This document shows, in pieces, positions 1 through 13,000 of a stretch of 64,000 bases of DNA; positions within the stretch are counted from its first letter, which is position 1, and each line of letters opens with the position of its first letter. A program made the position numbers and the translations under genes. Source of the stretch: Sphagnum compactum (Eukaryota); contig OZ234493.1 of NCBI GenBank assembly GCA_965153455.1, forward strand, positions 10,902,213-10,966,212, written 5' to 3'. The notes beneath the pieces were generated by a model, which worked only from the letters and a program-made list of their open reading frames with translations, was not told the DNA's origin and did not search any database.

Positions 1-2606
1 TATAAAAAAATAAATTAAGTGTCATATGTGTGCCCAGTCCCTAACTTCTCATACTCTTTAAGGGCTCACTTTCATCTTTTAAAAATCAACCCATTCTGTG
101 TCAAAGATCCTTTTGATTGCATTATATTTGCAATATAAGAATGTCTTTCCTTTTTTGATCATTATAACATTAGAGTTATTGACAATTGGTACTTCTTACT
201 GAAAATTTTGAAATTGAAAGAGATTGGGTCTTTGAATTATGTACAACATCCCAATTTGGATATTTCAAAAAATTTGACATTTAAACAAAATTGTGTATAA
301 AATGTGTGTTCTGAATCCTAATATAGTAGTAATAACTCTCTTCATACATACTATGGAACAAGCCTGTTTCACCCAAGAATGTGATGAGTTTGAAGGGTGA
401 GTTCTTGATCTCTTAGGTGACAATGGGCTCTTCCAAAGGCCTCTTGCAAAATGTAATTGATTTTTAAAGCCAATGATTTGTATTTCAATCATGTTAAGGG
501 TTGATTTTAAAAAAAGAAAGAAAACTAACCTTGATAATACAAAAGGTGGAGCCAACAAAGGGCTGCAACAAAGGAAAAATGCCTTTAAAAGTGCCTGAAT
601 TTTGGATCCCTCAGCTGCTTGGCTAGTTCTTATATGGGAGAGTGTGTAAGTTAATACACACCCATTTATTAGTCTATGGAATACTTTGGGCAAATTAGTT
701 GGAATTTTTCTTTTGTTGGTATCAGTTTTCATGGGTACCAAAGTAATATAGTTCCCATGAAAATTTCACTTTGCCAATTTTCTTCCCCCATTATGTGCAA
801 AGTAAATTATTTGCAAATGTTTTTATCATTTTCATGTGAATTCAATATGCATGTTGCATGCACACAAAACCCAAATTCCATGTACCACATACATGAGAAC
901 AATCAAGCATGAAGTTCGCACGCCCATACTAATAATCAATATATTTATAATGGGATTCACAATATTTTTCCCAACAATTTTTTTTCTTTTCTTTAATCAA
1001 AACATTGGGAAATTTTTGAAAGTTTTCTTTTGCCCACTGTAAATTCCTCTATTTTTTTTCTCAAAATTTGAAAAAATATGCCAAATATTTGATATTAAAA
1101 AATTGAAAAAAAAACCCCAAGAATGGGAGAGATCATTAGACACAATCAATCATCAAAGGGTGAAAATTTCCCTTGAGCTCACATGAAAAAAATGAACATT
1201 GATTGCAATGTGATATATTGAGAATGATTGGTAGTGTGATTGAGATTGCCATCACCCTAGGGCTTTACCCTAAGTGTATCTTGAGATGTACATTGTTGCA
1301 TGTTGCTACATGTAACAAGCATGTTTTGTCATGTATTGTAGTTCATAATTATCCGTTGTGTTGAGTGGCCACAACATGGCAACAAGCATCAATCTTTGCT
1401 TGCTATTAGGAATTTCCTTGCAATTTATATTGCAAAGGTAAACATTAGGATTTTGGTTAAGTTTAATTGGAACAAAATTGAAATTAGGATTTAAAAAAAA
1501 AAGAAGCATACCTGGAACCATATCACAAGTTCCATTTTTGTGTGGAATTGGAACTGAAACTAAAGCCGTTCTAAATTCTAATATATTTTTTAGAATTGGA
1601 ACTCGATGTTTTTTCATAAAAGTCAAGAATTGCCCAACATTAGTAATTTCCCAAGTATGCAAGCTGGGGGTGATTTATTCTTGACAAGGCATCATACATT
1701 AATAAAATGACCATGACCCAAAACTCCTTAATACCATAAAAAATCAAGATGACAATTCCATCACAAAGGTATTACGCATTTGTTAGGCAACCTTCAAACA
1801 CTCTCTCACAAGTCCCCCTAATGGAAATAACTAATTGTATAAAGCACCAAATGAACTAATTCAAAGATTGGGTTTGAAGTTTCTCTTTCATTTGGAGAGT
1901 TGAAAAAAGGTTGAATGGAGTCCTTATCATGTAAACCATTGAATTCGAATCTAGATAGTAAAAGTATTGATGTGTGTTTGTTTGTGCCTTTTCATGTCCA
2001 TGTTATTTATAATAGTGTGTCATTTTTAGTAATCTAACTCTTTCAAACTTATGTATTTAATCCTTTTTTCTTGTCCATTCACATAGACATGAAAAGATAC
2101 AATTTTGAGATCTAGCCTAAATAATGATGAAATATTGGAAATCATATGAGAGCATAAGAGAAAAGAAAGAAGAGGGGAGAAAGGGGAAGGTGGTGGATTT
2201 TGCTTAGTTTGGAACTTTGCCAAAGGCAAGGACAGTATGCTCGCTTGCTCGATTTTCACATTTTGCAACTTTTGTTTTGCTTTATCATTATCTTTCAACT
2301 ACCTTATGTGGTGTAGATTGTGTGTGTGTGTGTGTGCGCGCACCGTAGTTTCATTTCAAAGTTACTTATAGTTGAATCTTCGATTGTGCCACAATTCATA
2401 TTGATTGTATTCAACATAAGTTTGGTATTGCTTCAAAATGCAATTTAATCTAGTTTGGGATTTTGTGATCTTTCGAAGCAACAAAAACCTATTTGCAATT
2501 TACGTATTGAGGTTCAAATCCTTTAGGTATGCATTTCGTGAAATATCCTTGTGTATTTGGAGGGCACCTTGTGTTTGTGAATATCTCTTTTTAGGCAAAA
2601 GAGGAT

Positions 2607-2757
2607 GGATCTTATGCCTACTCCTTTAGAGTGGGAAGGATGTGAGGCGATAAGCAAGCATCACATTCCTCCCACGATTCCTCCCACTCTTTAAGAGTAG
2701 GCATTACTTACATAGGCATCAAATGCCTCACACTCATTAAGAGTAGGTGTAAGATCC
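2607..2757. repeat. Short foldback / inverted-repeat element
   Basis: GGATCTTATGCCTACTC (2607) pairs imperfectly with GAGTAGGTGTAAGATCC (ends 2757). An extra internal copy of TAAGAGTAGG lies near 2692. Confidence 0.6.
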
Positions 2758-2785
2758 TTCCAACTCTTAAGGAATGGGCATCATA

Positions 2786-3125
2786 ACCCTAACATTATAT
2801 TTGCCCATAGTTGCTAATGTAGTCAAAAGAAAAGTACTCTACAATTTTGCCCTTTGCCCCATTTTGTTCACCTTGTCATTCCCATACACATTTTGGGTCC
2901 ATGTTATACAATTTTTGGGGCATGCTATGGGTGTTAAGGGGGGTATGCAACATGCAACCTGACATGTTTCATGCCCCCTTGGTACTTGTAACATGGGATG
3001 AAATGGGTGCAAGACATGTGTTGGTATCACCCAATTCTTTTGAGGAAAAATCAATTGGGCAAATGGCAAACTAACTAGGCGAAAACAATTGCAATAGAAA
3101 CCATGGGCAAATATAATGTTAGGGG
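2786..3125. mobile_element. MITE-like non-autonomous element
   Basis: Perfect 22-bp TIR, CCCTAACATTATATTTGCCCAT (2787) / ATGGGCAAATATAATGTTAGGG (ends 3124). Possible ATA TSD at 2783-2785 and 3126-3128. Internal hairpin AAGGGGGGTATG..CATGCCCCCTT. Confidence 0.7.
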
Positions 3126-4109
3126 ATATAGGGTTTTCCCCTAGGGTAAACCTTAAACCCTAAACCCTCCCTTCCTATGCCTTGTTAATAAGCTTGTTGA
3201 CCAAAGGCCTCTCTTGAGCATGTTGTGGAAACCAAATTTGGGGAGGACTTTGAGCTAATTAAAAAAAAATCCAAGAACATTTATTTTTGTACATTTTTAC
3301 AGTAATACCTTGGCAACTTTGACAGTGTGTCTAATAATTTGAAAATTCAATTTTGACAAATAAAATACTCTTGAAGCTTCAGTATTTTCCTTCACTAAAT
3401 TTTGGACTTTGGAGGAAAATTTCAACATTTCTGAAAATAACAAGGGGAGGGGAGAAAATTTCAAAGGCCGATTATGTTGTTAAAATAATATTGATTTTTT
3501 AAAAGTCCGATTATGTGATTGTCAAGGGTGAAGCTTTGAACACCTCCCTCCCAATGGGTTCGGTTGCTAATAATCTCACAATTATTTTGTCAATTATTAC
3601 ACCACCCATGGGGGAATATATATGGTTATGACATGGACAAAAAATAATTGTTGTCTATATCAGCCATAGCCATGGGTGGCATGATGATCTCAACTCTTTT
3701 CAATGAAAACAAAGAGTGAGAAAGTGTTCATAAAAAATGACCTTTTTTTGAATCATCAATTATTCAATATAATCTTGAATAATCAATCAATCAATCCACT
3801 CATATGTAACAACCAAGGGGAACGAACATTTGAGATAAATGATTATTGCAAATAGATAAATAAAGTGGGCCTAATTTATGGCTACCTCAAGTCTGAACGA
3901 ACTTCTCTGAAGTCTTTGTTATTTTTTTATAATAAAAAAACTTGAATTCCGAAATACAATTCACAAGCAACGAAAGACAGACCCAAATAAAATAAAATAA
4001 AAAACACACACACACACACTTTCACAAGAAAAACACGCAAAGCAAAAGAGAGTTAGTTGCTAACAATAATTTTCAGCAAAATACTAATTGTACACAATAG
4101 ACACCATCG

Positions 4110-4834
4110 CAAGTGAAGAAGAAGGCGGCATGACAACAACGAAGAAGAGGAAGAAGCAATAGAAGTAGAAGACGACGACAACGAAGTACAAGATGATGCA
4201 CTAGAAGAAGAAGAAGAAGCGCTAGAAGAAGATCATGCACTCGAAGAAGAAGCACTAGAAGAGGATGCGCTGAGATGAGAGCAAGTCTAGCAATCGAGAA
4301 GGAGAAGGTGATCGAGGAGGAGGGGAGAGTCCATGATGATGTTTTAACGGTAGCTTATGACGAGGTTTTGAGACTATAACAAGAGAATCAACAATGAGAA
4401 GGTGAAAGAGGAGGAGGAGGATTAGGATTAGGAGGAGGAGGAGGAGGAGGAGGAGGAGAAGAGGATCTAAAATGTTGTATTAACATCAGGTGATGAGGGA
4501 GGAGCTTGAGATGAGAGCAAATCTAGTGATCGAGAAGGAGAAGCTCAACAAGTAGGAGGAGGAGGAGGAGCACATCAATAAGTAGAGGATCCACCGTGGA
4601 TGTTTTGACTGTAGATTATGGCGAGTTTGAAACTGTAACAAGAGGATTAAGAGTGAGGAGGAGAAAGAGGAGGAGAAGAGGATCCAATACATCGTATTAT
4701 CGTTAGCTGATGACGAGCTTGACACGATAACAAGAGGATCAAGAATGAGAAGGTGACAGACGAGGAGGACGAGGAGAGGATGCAAGATGTTGTATTATCA
4801 GCAGCTGATGACGGGTTCGAGACTAGAACAATAG
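4110..4834 (+). repeat. Purine-rich degenerate tandem repeats (GAG/GAA-rich, decayed coding-like)
   Basis: Recurring units GAGATGAGAGCAA.TCTAG..ATCGAGAAGGAGAAG (~4272, ~4508) and GATGTT..GCTGATGACGAG..AACAAGAG..AATGAGAAGGTGA (~4338, ~4599, ~4691, ~4787), separated by (GAG)n runs. Confidence 0.7.
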
Positions 4835-4936
4835 AGTAGAAGGAGAGATGGCGGTGTTGATACGACGGATGCAGGGGTGGAGAACGTAAGAGGAGGACGA
4901 AGGGGAGGAAGTTGTAGAGTAAGGGAGGAGAGAGAG

Positions 4937-7669
4937 ATGAGGAGGAGGAATGGGGAGAAGGGACAACCAGCAGGGGGTTTAGGACAACCACCGGAGCTGC
5001 AAGCGGAACAGGTTTTGAATCCGTTCCGCAACGACAGCCAGTTTGAAGGAGTGTACGAGTTCTTGAAGACGCTAGTGTTGCTCCCGGTTGCGCTGTTGCG
5101 GGGGGTTCTGTTCGTGACAGCGCTGGTGCTGGCGTACTGCCTAACCAAGATTGCACTCCTGGGGGCCAAGAATGTGTTGACGAAGCCTTTTCCCAAATGG
5201 CGACGGGTTTTGTTGTTGCCAGTGAGGTTTTGCTCGCGGATCATGCTGTTTGCCTGCGGGTACCACTGGATCCATGTCAAGGGGAAGCCAGCACCGCGGC
5301 ACGAAGCTCCGATTCTGGTCAGCAACCATGTATCATTCGCAGATCCCTTGTTCATCTTCTTCCGCCATCTGCCGGTGATTGTCACAGCGCACGAGAATCT
5401 ATCCATACCTGTGGCCGGAGCCATCATGCGAGCGATGCAGGTGATAGCTGTCCACAGGGATTCCCCGGATTCCCGTCACAATGCATTGGGAGCGATCAAG
5501 CGGAAAGCCATGTGCAACGACTGGAACCATGTGATGATCTTCCCCGAAGCGACAACAACGAACGGGAAAGCTCTGGTCTCGTTCAAAGCAGGCGCTTTCA
5601 CTCCTGGCTACGCAGTGCAGCCCATGCTGATGCGCTATCCGCATGTGAACATCGATCCTTCCTGGGTTGCAGAAGGCCCTGTCGTTCACTGGCTCCTTTT
5701 TCGTCTCATGACACAGTTCCATAACTTTATGTCGGTACAGTCCCCTTGCCCTGTCCCCCTTCCTTTTCCAATCTCTTTCTCGGAGGAGGTGAATTTTTAG
5801 GGTTTCTAACATGCAGGCTGTAGAGCTGATTAAGCTGATCAGCTGTTCCCCCCCCCCCCCTGCAGATCTGTTCTTCCTGTACAATACAAGATATGAATCT
5901 TGCTCCCTGAATCGGAGGTTTATGTTGAGTGCATAATTGAGTTCATTTGTAGCTGATTGAGGTGTGAGAGGATATGTCGGTTGCTGGCTGTTGTGCTCCA
6001 AACCCTTTTTGTGTGTTTTGTGAGCCCATGTTAGTTGTGTGTGCAGTGGATTTGACCTGTGATTTGGAGAACTATTGTAGGTGGAGTACTTGCCTGTCAT
6101 ACACCCAACACAAGCAGAACAGAAAAATCCACAAGCATTTGCAGAAAGGGTACGTGTTACCATGGCACAAGCGCTCAACATATCTGTGACTCGACACACT
6201 TATGAGGATGCAGCATTGGTGATGGAGGCAGTTAAGTTGAAGCTTGACAGCAAAGCTGCTATTTTGGAATTTGGGAAGTTTGAGAAGCTGTATCAACTGC
6301 AAGTCAAGATTTTGAAACACTGGTTGCACAAGTTTCTGGCCATGGATCCAACAAAACGGTAAAAATTGTTTACTTGGGGTTATGGGAATGAGTGAGGTCT
6401 CTGGCAATTTGTCAGTTGAGAGATGATTGAATTGATTATATTTGCATGTACTATTGTCTGCTGGATCACAAATGTACTCTTGGTGTACTATATACTATTG
6501 TGAGAGACCACTTCAGAAGGATGGCATCATGAGTTGCCAATTTGTCTCTTGTAGAGTGTGACAATCTGCATTGTGGTATATGCAGGGGCATTGTCACGTA
6601 CCAGGATTTTATTAGCACACTAGACCTACCTGATTGTGCCCTTCTAGGGCAGATCTTCTCTTACTTTGATCGTTCAGACCAAGGTTCTATCAACTTCAGC
6701 CAGGTGCATTATCCTATGCGTCTTTTGCTTAATGTTTCCAGATTATTTGACACTGTCTGACGTTTCAGTGCTCCTTTTCTGGTGGGCAATGCAGACATTT
6801 TTCTGACCAGGTGCACTGAATTGGGATGGGGATGTAGGACAGTATGTTGCAGGGGTTGCATTCATAGCCAAACATAAAAAGTTCAAAGAGGCTATTGAGG
6901 CCACCTTCAAGTTCTGTGGTGGAGATGGAGATGGGCTATTGGATAAAACTGAGGCACGAAGCAGCTTCCGTGAAGTCATTCCTTCCATAACAAATCAGCA
7001 GGTCTGTATCTCTACCTCTTGCTCTCTCTTCTATGGCCAGATCCACTCCAACTGGGCATAGGTATTTGGGTACAAGGGCACAGCAATCACAGAATTTGAG
7101 CAGAGTCTTTTGGGGGGCCATTGCAAAGCCGTATGTAGCAGTTGGGCTGAAAGTCTTCCTTGGTTGATCTATACCACTGGTACTTAGCTCAAACCATAGG
7201 AGTTTGTCTGTCTCCTATGTCCTGTGTGGTTGGCAGGACAGTTTATTGTTTATTCTCTGGCAGAAAATCTGAGCTGTTAGCTGATGGGCTTAGTGTAGTC
7301 TTCATAGATTAGGCCTTGAGGTCAACCTGCTATTCATCATCATCCTACAGCATGAGTAGTTCTTCAGCATTTCTGAGTTATCCTTTACAAGCTTCTCTTA
7401 GAATGGTGCTGTTCCTTGCTGAACCAGGAATCTGCAGATTGATGGGCTCACCAAATGGATCTGGGTTTTTGCTGCAGATCCATGTGCTGTTTGACAAAAT
7501 GGATGCAAAGAAAGCAGGAATTATAAGCAGGGGAGATTTTGCACACTTCATTGAGGGGAACCCTGAGTACCTTCTCATCTTTCTGATTGCAAAACCAGAC
7601 CTGCTAGCAAGATCCAAACTAGAATTTGACAAGGATTTTCTTGATGTGGACAGACAATTGACAGATTGA
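4937..7669 (+). CDS. LPEAT2: Lysophospholipid acyltransferase with C-terminal EF-hands (LPEAT2/LPCAT-like)
   Basis: Exons 4937-5734, 6081-6358, 6586-6703, 6843-7001 and 7478-7669 join in frame via GT-AG introns. Motifs include an N-terminal TM helix, NHVSFAD (HxxxxD), FPEATTTNG, FKAGAF and QFHNFM|VEYLP. Four EF-hand-like loops: DPTKRGIV, DRSDQGSINF, GGDGDGLL, DAKKAGII. First in-frame ATG is 4937; an in-frame TAG sits upstream at 4832. Confidence 0.9.
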
Positions 7670-8759
7670 TCATTAAGGTTTAGAATTCCAAGTTAGTTTG
7701 AAATGTACTGATTAGGAATCATTTGCCACACAACTGTGGCTTTTGTGTTCATAATTATAGGCTGAAACTCAGTTTAGTCTTTAGGCAATTCCATTTGTAC
7801 AACAGTGACAACATAAATTGGATGTCTTTAACCCTCAGATGGTGAGGGAGGTGTTCTGAAGCAAGGAATGACCACTTGTTTTGGCAAAAGTTCAGTGGGT
7901 GAAAGTGCTTCAAATTGTTGAACCAGTCATCCATCTGGTGGTGGAGCAATTCTGACTGTAAGTGCAGATCCCAATAGATCATTGTCACACTCGACCTGCT
8001 ACTTTCTTTGCAATTACATAGCAAGCTCAGATACAGCTATTATCTTCCTTTTACAACTTGGTTGCATTACGCAGACAGCTGCAAAGCCAAAGTTTACATG
8101 CTTCAAAACATAACATCTAGATTGTAGGCAGGATCAATCAGGGTGTACCACATCAAGTTGCGATGGTGAGGGGGTGGTGGATTGATTCACCCACCCCAAA
8201 TTGAGGCAGACTGCATCCAAAATAGTAAACCTTTTCCCTTCCTTTTTTATCTGGGCATAAAGTCAAGATTGTAGACCCCATTGTTATCTTCCAATCTTTG
8301 CATAGTATGTGCCGCAAGACCATGAAACTGCCAGCAACTAAGCAGATTGTTGCTAGCAACAGGAAACACTGGGTACCTTAGCTGTCTGTTGCCAACCATG
8401 CATGTAAGCTTATTGCACCCTTGCTCCTTTTTGTGCAATACTGGTCTTGTTATGCAGCACTTGTTCAAAGTTGTTCTGTTAACAAGTTCCAGAGCCTGTC
8501 AGAAGATTCATGCCTTTTCTTTTGCTGGGATTCCTTGGACCGAGTAAAAGACATGGTTGTTCTACTCAATTTCAAGCGTCACCGACAAATATGTCAGAAA
8601 ATGAAGTTGAAGGAGAGCGGGTGCATGGGGCCAATCTGTGCAGCGCCCACTGTAGTGCTGCAACCGTCCCATGACTTGTTACAGGTAAAGGGGAAGGGTA
8701 GTTGCAGCTTGAAATTTCTTCTTAGTTATCAGCCAGTAGAGTTATTGAATGTTGAACAA

Positions 8760-9032
8760 TATTGTCATTGAAAATTTAATAAAATCAAAACTAAAGATAA
8801 TAGGGAAACTGGACCACGAAGTTGGTATTTTATTGGAAAGTCATCAATGGGTAGAGTAAGGTTTAATGGAATGGATTTTGTAAGTTTTGGACCTAAGGTG
8901 CCAAAGATATTGAATTTTAAGTAGTTTTTTTTTGTCATTGGAAACTCAACTAAATCATAAAAACTGATTTTGGAAGAAGAAATTAGTTAAGTAACGAGTT
9001 CACAATTGGGCCAACGAACAAGGCCACACTAG
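8760..9032 (+). mobile_element. Probable non-autonomous Helitron 3' fragment
   Basis: AT-rich block ending GGCC-AACGAACAA-GGCC (hairpin), then ACA, CTAG and T, the canonical Helitron 3' architecture. The left boundary is approximate. Confidence 0.45.
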
Positions 9033-9270
9033 TAAGGATAACGATTTAAAACACAAAAAGAGGTTCTGGCACTCTGATACTTTTGCCTTGGAATCTTCCA
9101 CATCGCCAAATTTCAATCTAAAATCATCCTCAAAATACACTCAAACAAATTTAGCGGCTCTTTATGTGAGCATTGTTTTTCTTGGATTTTTTAGTCTTGT
9201 CTTTTTTTGGTTTTCCTTTGGTAGTAGAAATAGAATCCAGAATCTAATCTGCCGGGAGATTTTGCAGAGA

Positions 9271-9785
9271 ATGAGAGGTGACGAAGAAAGAGAACAATGT
9301 CGGCAAACAGTTGCAACTCGTGTTGGACCACCTCGAGAGCGGGGAGGTGAGAGCAGGGGAGGGAATTAAGTTAACAAGCGCCTCGTTGTCTAATGGCTCT
9401 GTTTTGGCATCCATAAGAAACGATATTCAACGTACCAAATCGGAAATAAATGGTGGTTACCATGGTGAAGCCGAAGTGGATCCTTCAGTTATGCCACTAT
9501 AGAGAAATAATATTTCTGTAATCGAACTTTGGCCCATTTTTGGTTGCATCGCAACTATGACGAGCCAACATACAAAGATCATTGGCGTCTAGGAGCTTTT
9601 GATTTCTGATTGCAGAGCATGATGAAGAGCAGCAAATTGTTCGCAGGAGAGCGCTGCTGAAGAAAGATTCGAAGATCATGTGGAAGACGAGGGAGGATGA
9701 TATTAAGGGGCTTGCAAGTCGATTGACGACAGAAACACGCGCGCGATTATTTGCAAAAGATAGAAGATCCAGTCGAAGTTCTTGA
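9271..9785 (+). CDS. Candidate two-exon small ORF (81 aa, highly charged) upstream of the CCDC146-like gene
   Basis: ATG 9271, donor G|GTGAGA at 9347 and acceptor TTGCAG| at 9615 join in phase to give MRGDEEREQCRQ...GEHDEEQQIVRRRALLKK...SSRSS*. No recognised homology. Confidence 0.3.
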
Positions 9786-10037
9786 TATCGCTATCTGATA
9801 GTCGGGGTCGCGGAAGGTCGGAAGGACTACTAAGTATTGTTTCGATTTGACAGTGGAAGAAGAGCTCGACGAACTTCCGAGGTCGAGTAAATATCGCAAG
9901 CCGAGAATCTTACAATATTGAACAAGACAAAGAAACAACGCAGATAGAGAGAAAGTTCCAGTGCTGTCACATGCCCTTTCTCCTTCTGTATCTGTAACCG
10001 CCGGCTGCGAAGAAGGTATTCTTGATCCTAGAGAAAG

Positions 10038-13000
10038 ATGGACAATCAAAACACTTCGCAGGAGGAAATCGAGGACCCGGAACGTTATGCGTCACTGGAG
10101 CTCAGCAAGATAGACAACGTCCATGGAGCACTGGCTCGCAGTATGATCGAAGGATACATCAAACAAGAGCACGCCAATTTTCTTAAGCAGAAGTAAGGTT
10201 TGCCGCGATCGAAATCACACCTGTCTGTTGTGCTGTTGCTTTGATCTCCTCTTGGAATGTTGACAATGGTGTGTGACTGTGGAAGACCAGATTTGAAGAC
10301 CTTCGAAGTTTTCTTCGTTCAAAGATCGTTGCAGAGAGGAAGCTTCTCGGTGAAACTGCTGATCTGCTCAATCAAATCAAGGTTTTGATCATGATGACCC
10401 TGTAGCCAGAGCTGAAAATAGCAATGACGATACATGGTTTCTGATGAAAGAGAAAAGAATGGCACAAATCTGCTCCAATTATGTCATATAGCTGCCGTGC
10501 TGGAAACCATATCAATCATGAATTTCACTGCATCATGTGTTGTCAGGCAGAGGAAGAAGAGCTTGAAAAGCTTGAAAAGAGTGCAGTTCGACATGAGGAA
10601 CTACTAGCAATGGCCAGAGATGATGCTGAAGAGGCGGAAAGTCAAGCCTCCATAGCAAAGTAAAATTGTCATACCTGCAAAATGTTTCTGATTGAACTAC
10701 AATACAAGGGGGCTTAGTCTGGCAGCTTTGCCATGGCTACATTCCAGAAGTATCCTGGAATGTCCATAGACAATGAGCCATTGGCTTCTTTTTTCTTCTT
10801 CTGCTGCTGTGCATGTTGAAAAATGTGGTGCGCATGCATTTTACAAATGAGTGACTGCAAGGATCCTGAAAGTGTGGAATTTCCATTTTGTCAGCAATCA
10901 CAAGTTCATATATGATGAAGTGTGCTGTATTGATGGCATCTTGCATTTTGCAGAGAGAGGGAACAGAATCAGATACTGAATTCAAGTTTGCTGGAGAAAA
11001 TACAGGAAGAATATATTGGGAAAGTCAAGAGCATTGAGCATGAACATTTCGCAGCAATGGAGCCCATTCTTGCACGCATAGAAGTCAGTCCATCTGTGTC
11101 CGTAAAACAAGCTTTCAACACAAATTGTGCCCTCCCCCCATCTTTATCTCTCTCTATTGCATTCTTCTGACATATGCTTAACGTGTGTTCACCCTAATCT
11201 GCAAGAGTTGATGGCCTTTGCAGGAAGAAATCAGACAGAGCAAGCGAGAGTATGCAGAAGGGATGATCAAGATACAACTGTGTACCAAGGAGGTGCGGAT
11301 ACTCATGTAAAATCTTGGGCAACCTAACCCACGGGTCAGGGCAATCTTATCTCTCAAGAATGTAGTCAGTTTTTGAAGGTTGGCTACAAGTTGAAGAACT
11401 AAAATATTCATGAGAGGTATCATAGCAGTGCCCTTGTTATTGCAGTGTGTATTCACATTGCTAGACAGATGCTTGGATAGACAGGAGTGGGTAATGATAT
11501 TTCCATGCTTACATCAATGTAAGCCAATGGTGATCCTACTATTCAGTAGAACTGTTTTTGGTGACTATGGCCTCAAGCAAATCTGTCTCCAGTCTTATAA
11601 TTTGTGTGTTCACAAATCTGGGTGCCAAACTCTTAAGACCAAGGATTCAGGTGTGCACTAAGAGCTTTGGTCTTTACAGGGAGAGGGCATAGGGTTTGCA
11701 GATTGAAGAAACAAAGTCAAGGCATTCACAATGCTTACAGGATAATGCCACACTGCGCTTGGAAAAGAATGACCACTTTGACAAATTGGAGGAGCTGAGT
11801 GGTACACCTGAGAAGACACGCAAACAGGTTGGGATCTCTCTTGCATAAATGGAAGAAGGAGAAACCTGTTGCATAAGCTGCACATCCATTGTTTGCCATT
11901 GGTTTCTCTTGCTTCACTGAATGAGCATCTTAAGGAGCTCAAAGCTCACCCTGGGTACCCTTCTGAGTGAATAGCTTGACAAACAAGGATGTGTGATTAT
12001 GCAGAGCAATATTCTGCTCAATGCAGTGAGATCTCTTCAACTGCAAGTGGACAAGTGGGTAATCAAGGTGACCAATTCACAATTATCAACCCAGTTCAAC
12101 TTCACTAACAATATGTTTAGGCACATTACATGAACAATAGTCATCCTGGATGAAGGAACTGGCCTCTAGTTTGAGCATCCTTGGGAAAGTACTGGCCAGC
12201 CCTGTATGCCACGATTCTACTGTTGCAATCTGGTCTCTGATATCTGTGCTCTGAAGTTTGTTGTGCTACAGGCATGTGCTGACTTAACCATTGTTGGCCA
12301 AAGGTTGGAGAGCTCAATAAGGAGATCCAAGCCTTCCATACTATGACCAAAGAGAAGACTGAAGAGCATGGAAATATGGTCATCAATCTTGAAAAAATAC
12401 GACTCCATACTGAACAGCAGGTAAAGACAAAAAGAGATATATTTGCTCTCAGAGCAACAAGCCAAATTCTTCATTCTTGTGCTCAAGGGAATAATGTCAA
12501 TTATGTAATATTGAACTCTTAATATACTCAACAGAAGACAATGCCTCTTTTTAACTGTTAAGTATAGAATTATGGTTATGATTGCACTCTCTTTTGTTGT
12601 GCTATTTTTGGTTTTGCTGGGACTGAAACCATGTGTTTCCTTCAAATTATTGTTGTGGAGCTCTCTGTGCATTCACATTGATATGTTAAAAATATGGAGT
12701 TGTTAGCTCAATGTTAGCCGGGGGTTCTGTTTGGTTGTTGCTCTAGAAATGTGTTGCACAGGACATGGTGAAGGATTTGGAGGCATCAAGCCTTGAGCTT
12801 GAGAGTTGCTTAAATGAACAGGTTTGCTTCTCCATCTGCTATTCATTTGCATGCAATCAAAGATGTTCAGCATGCAGGAATTCAAAGTCTTTGGGCCTTT
12901 TAATGGTGAATCTAGCTGTCATGTAAGATTGATGGACTTTCTTTTCAACTGCCTGCTGACTAAACTGTATGCTAGATCAAACAAGGGAGAGTGTGTGAAG

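Noticed and set aside
265..1042. Possible decayed transposase fragments at the window start (also 18700-19400, 33400-33800 and 35700-36020)
   Set aside because: The composition looks like old coding DNA, but no motif could be assigned with confidence by eye.
4486..5427. Long minus-strand ORFs (99, 169 and 209 aa)
   Set aside because: They are antisense shadows of the GA-rich repeat and the GC-rich LPEAT2 exon, with no recognisable motifs.
12280..12303. CTTAAC branch-like motif before a CCDC146-like exon as a second U12 intron
   Set aside because: There is no RTATCCT donor at the upstream exon.
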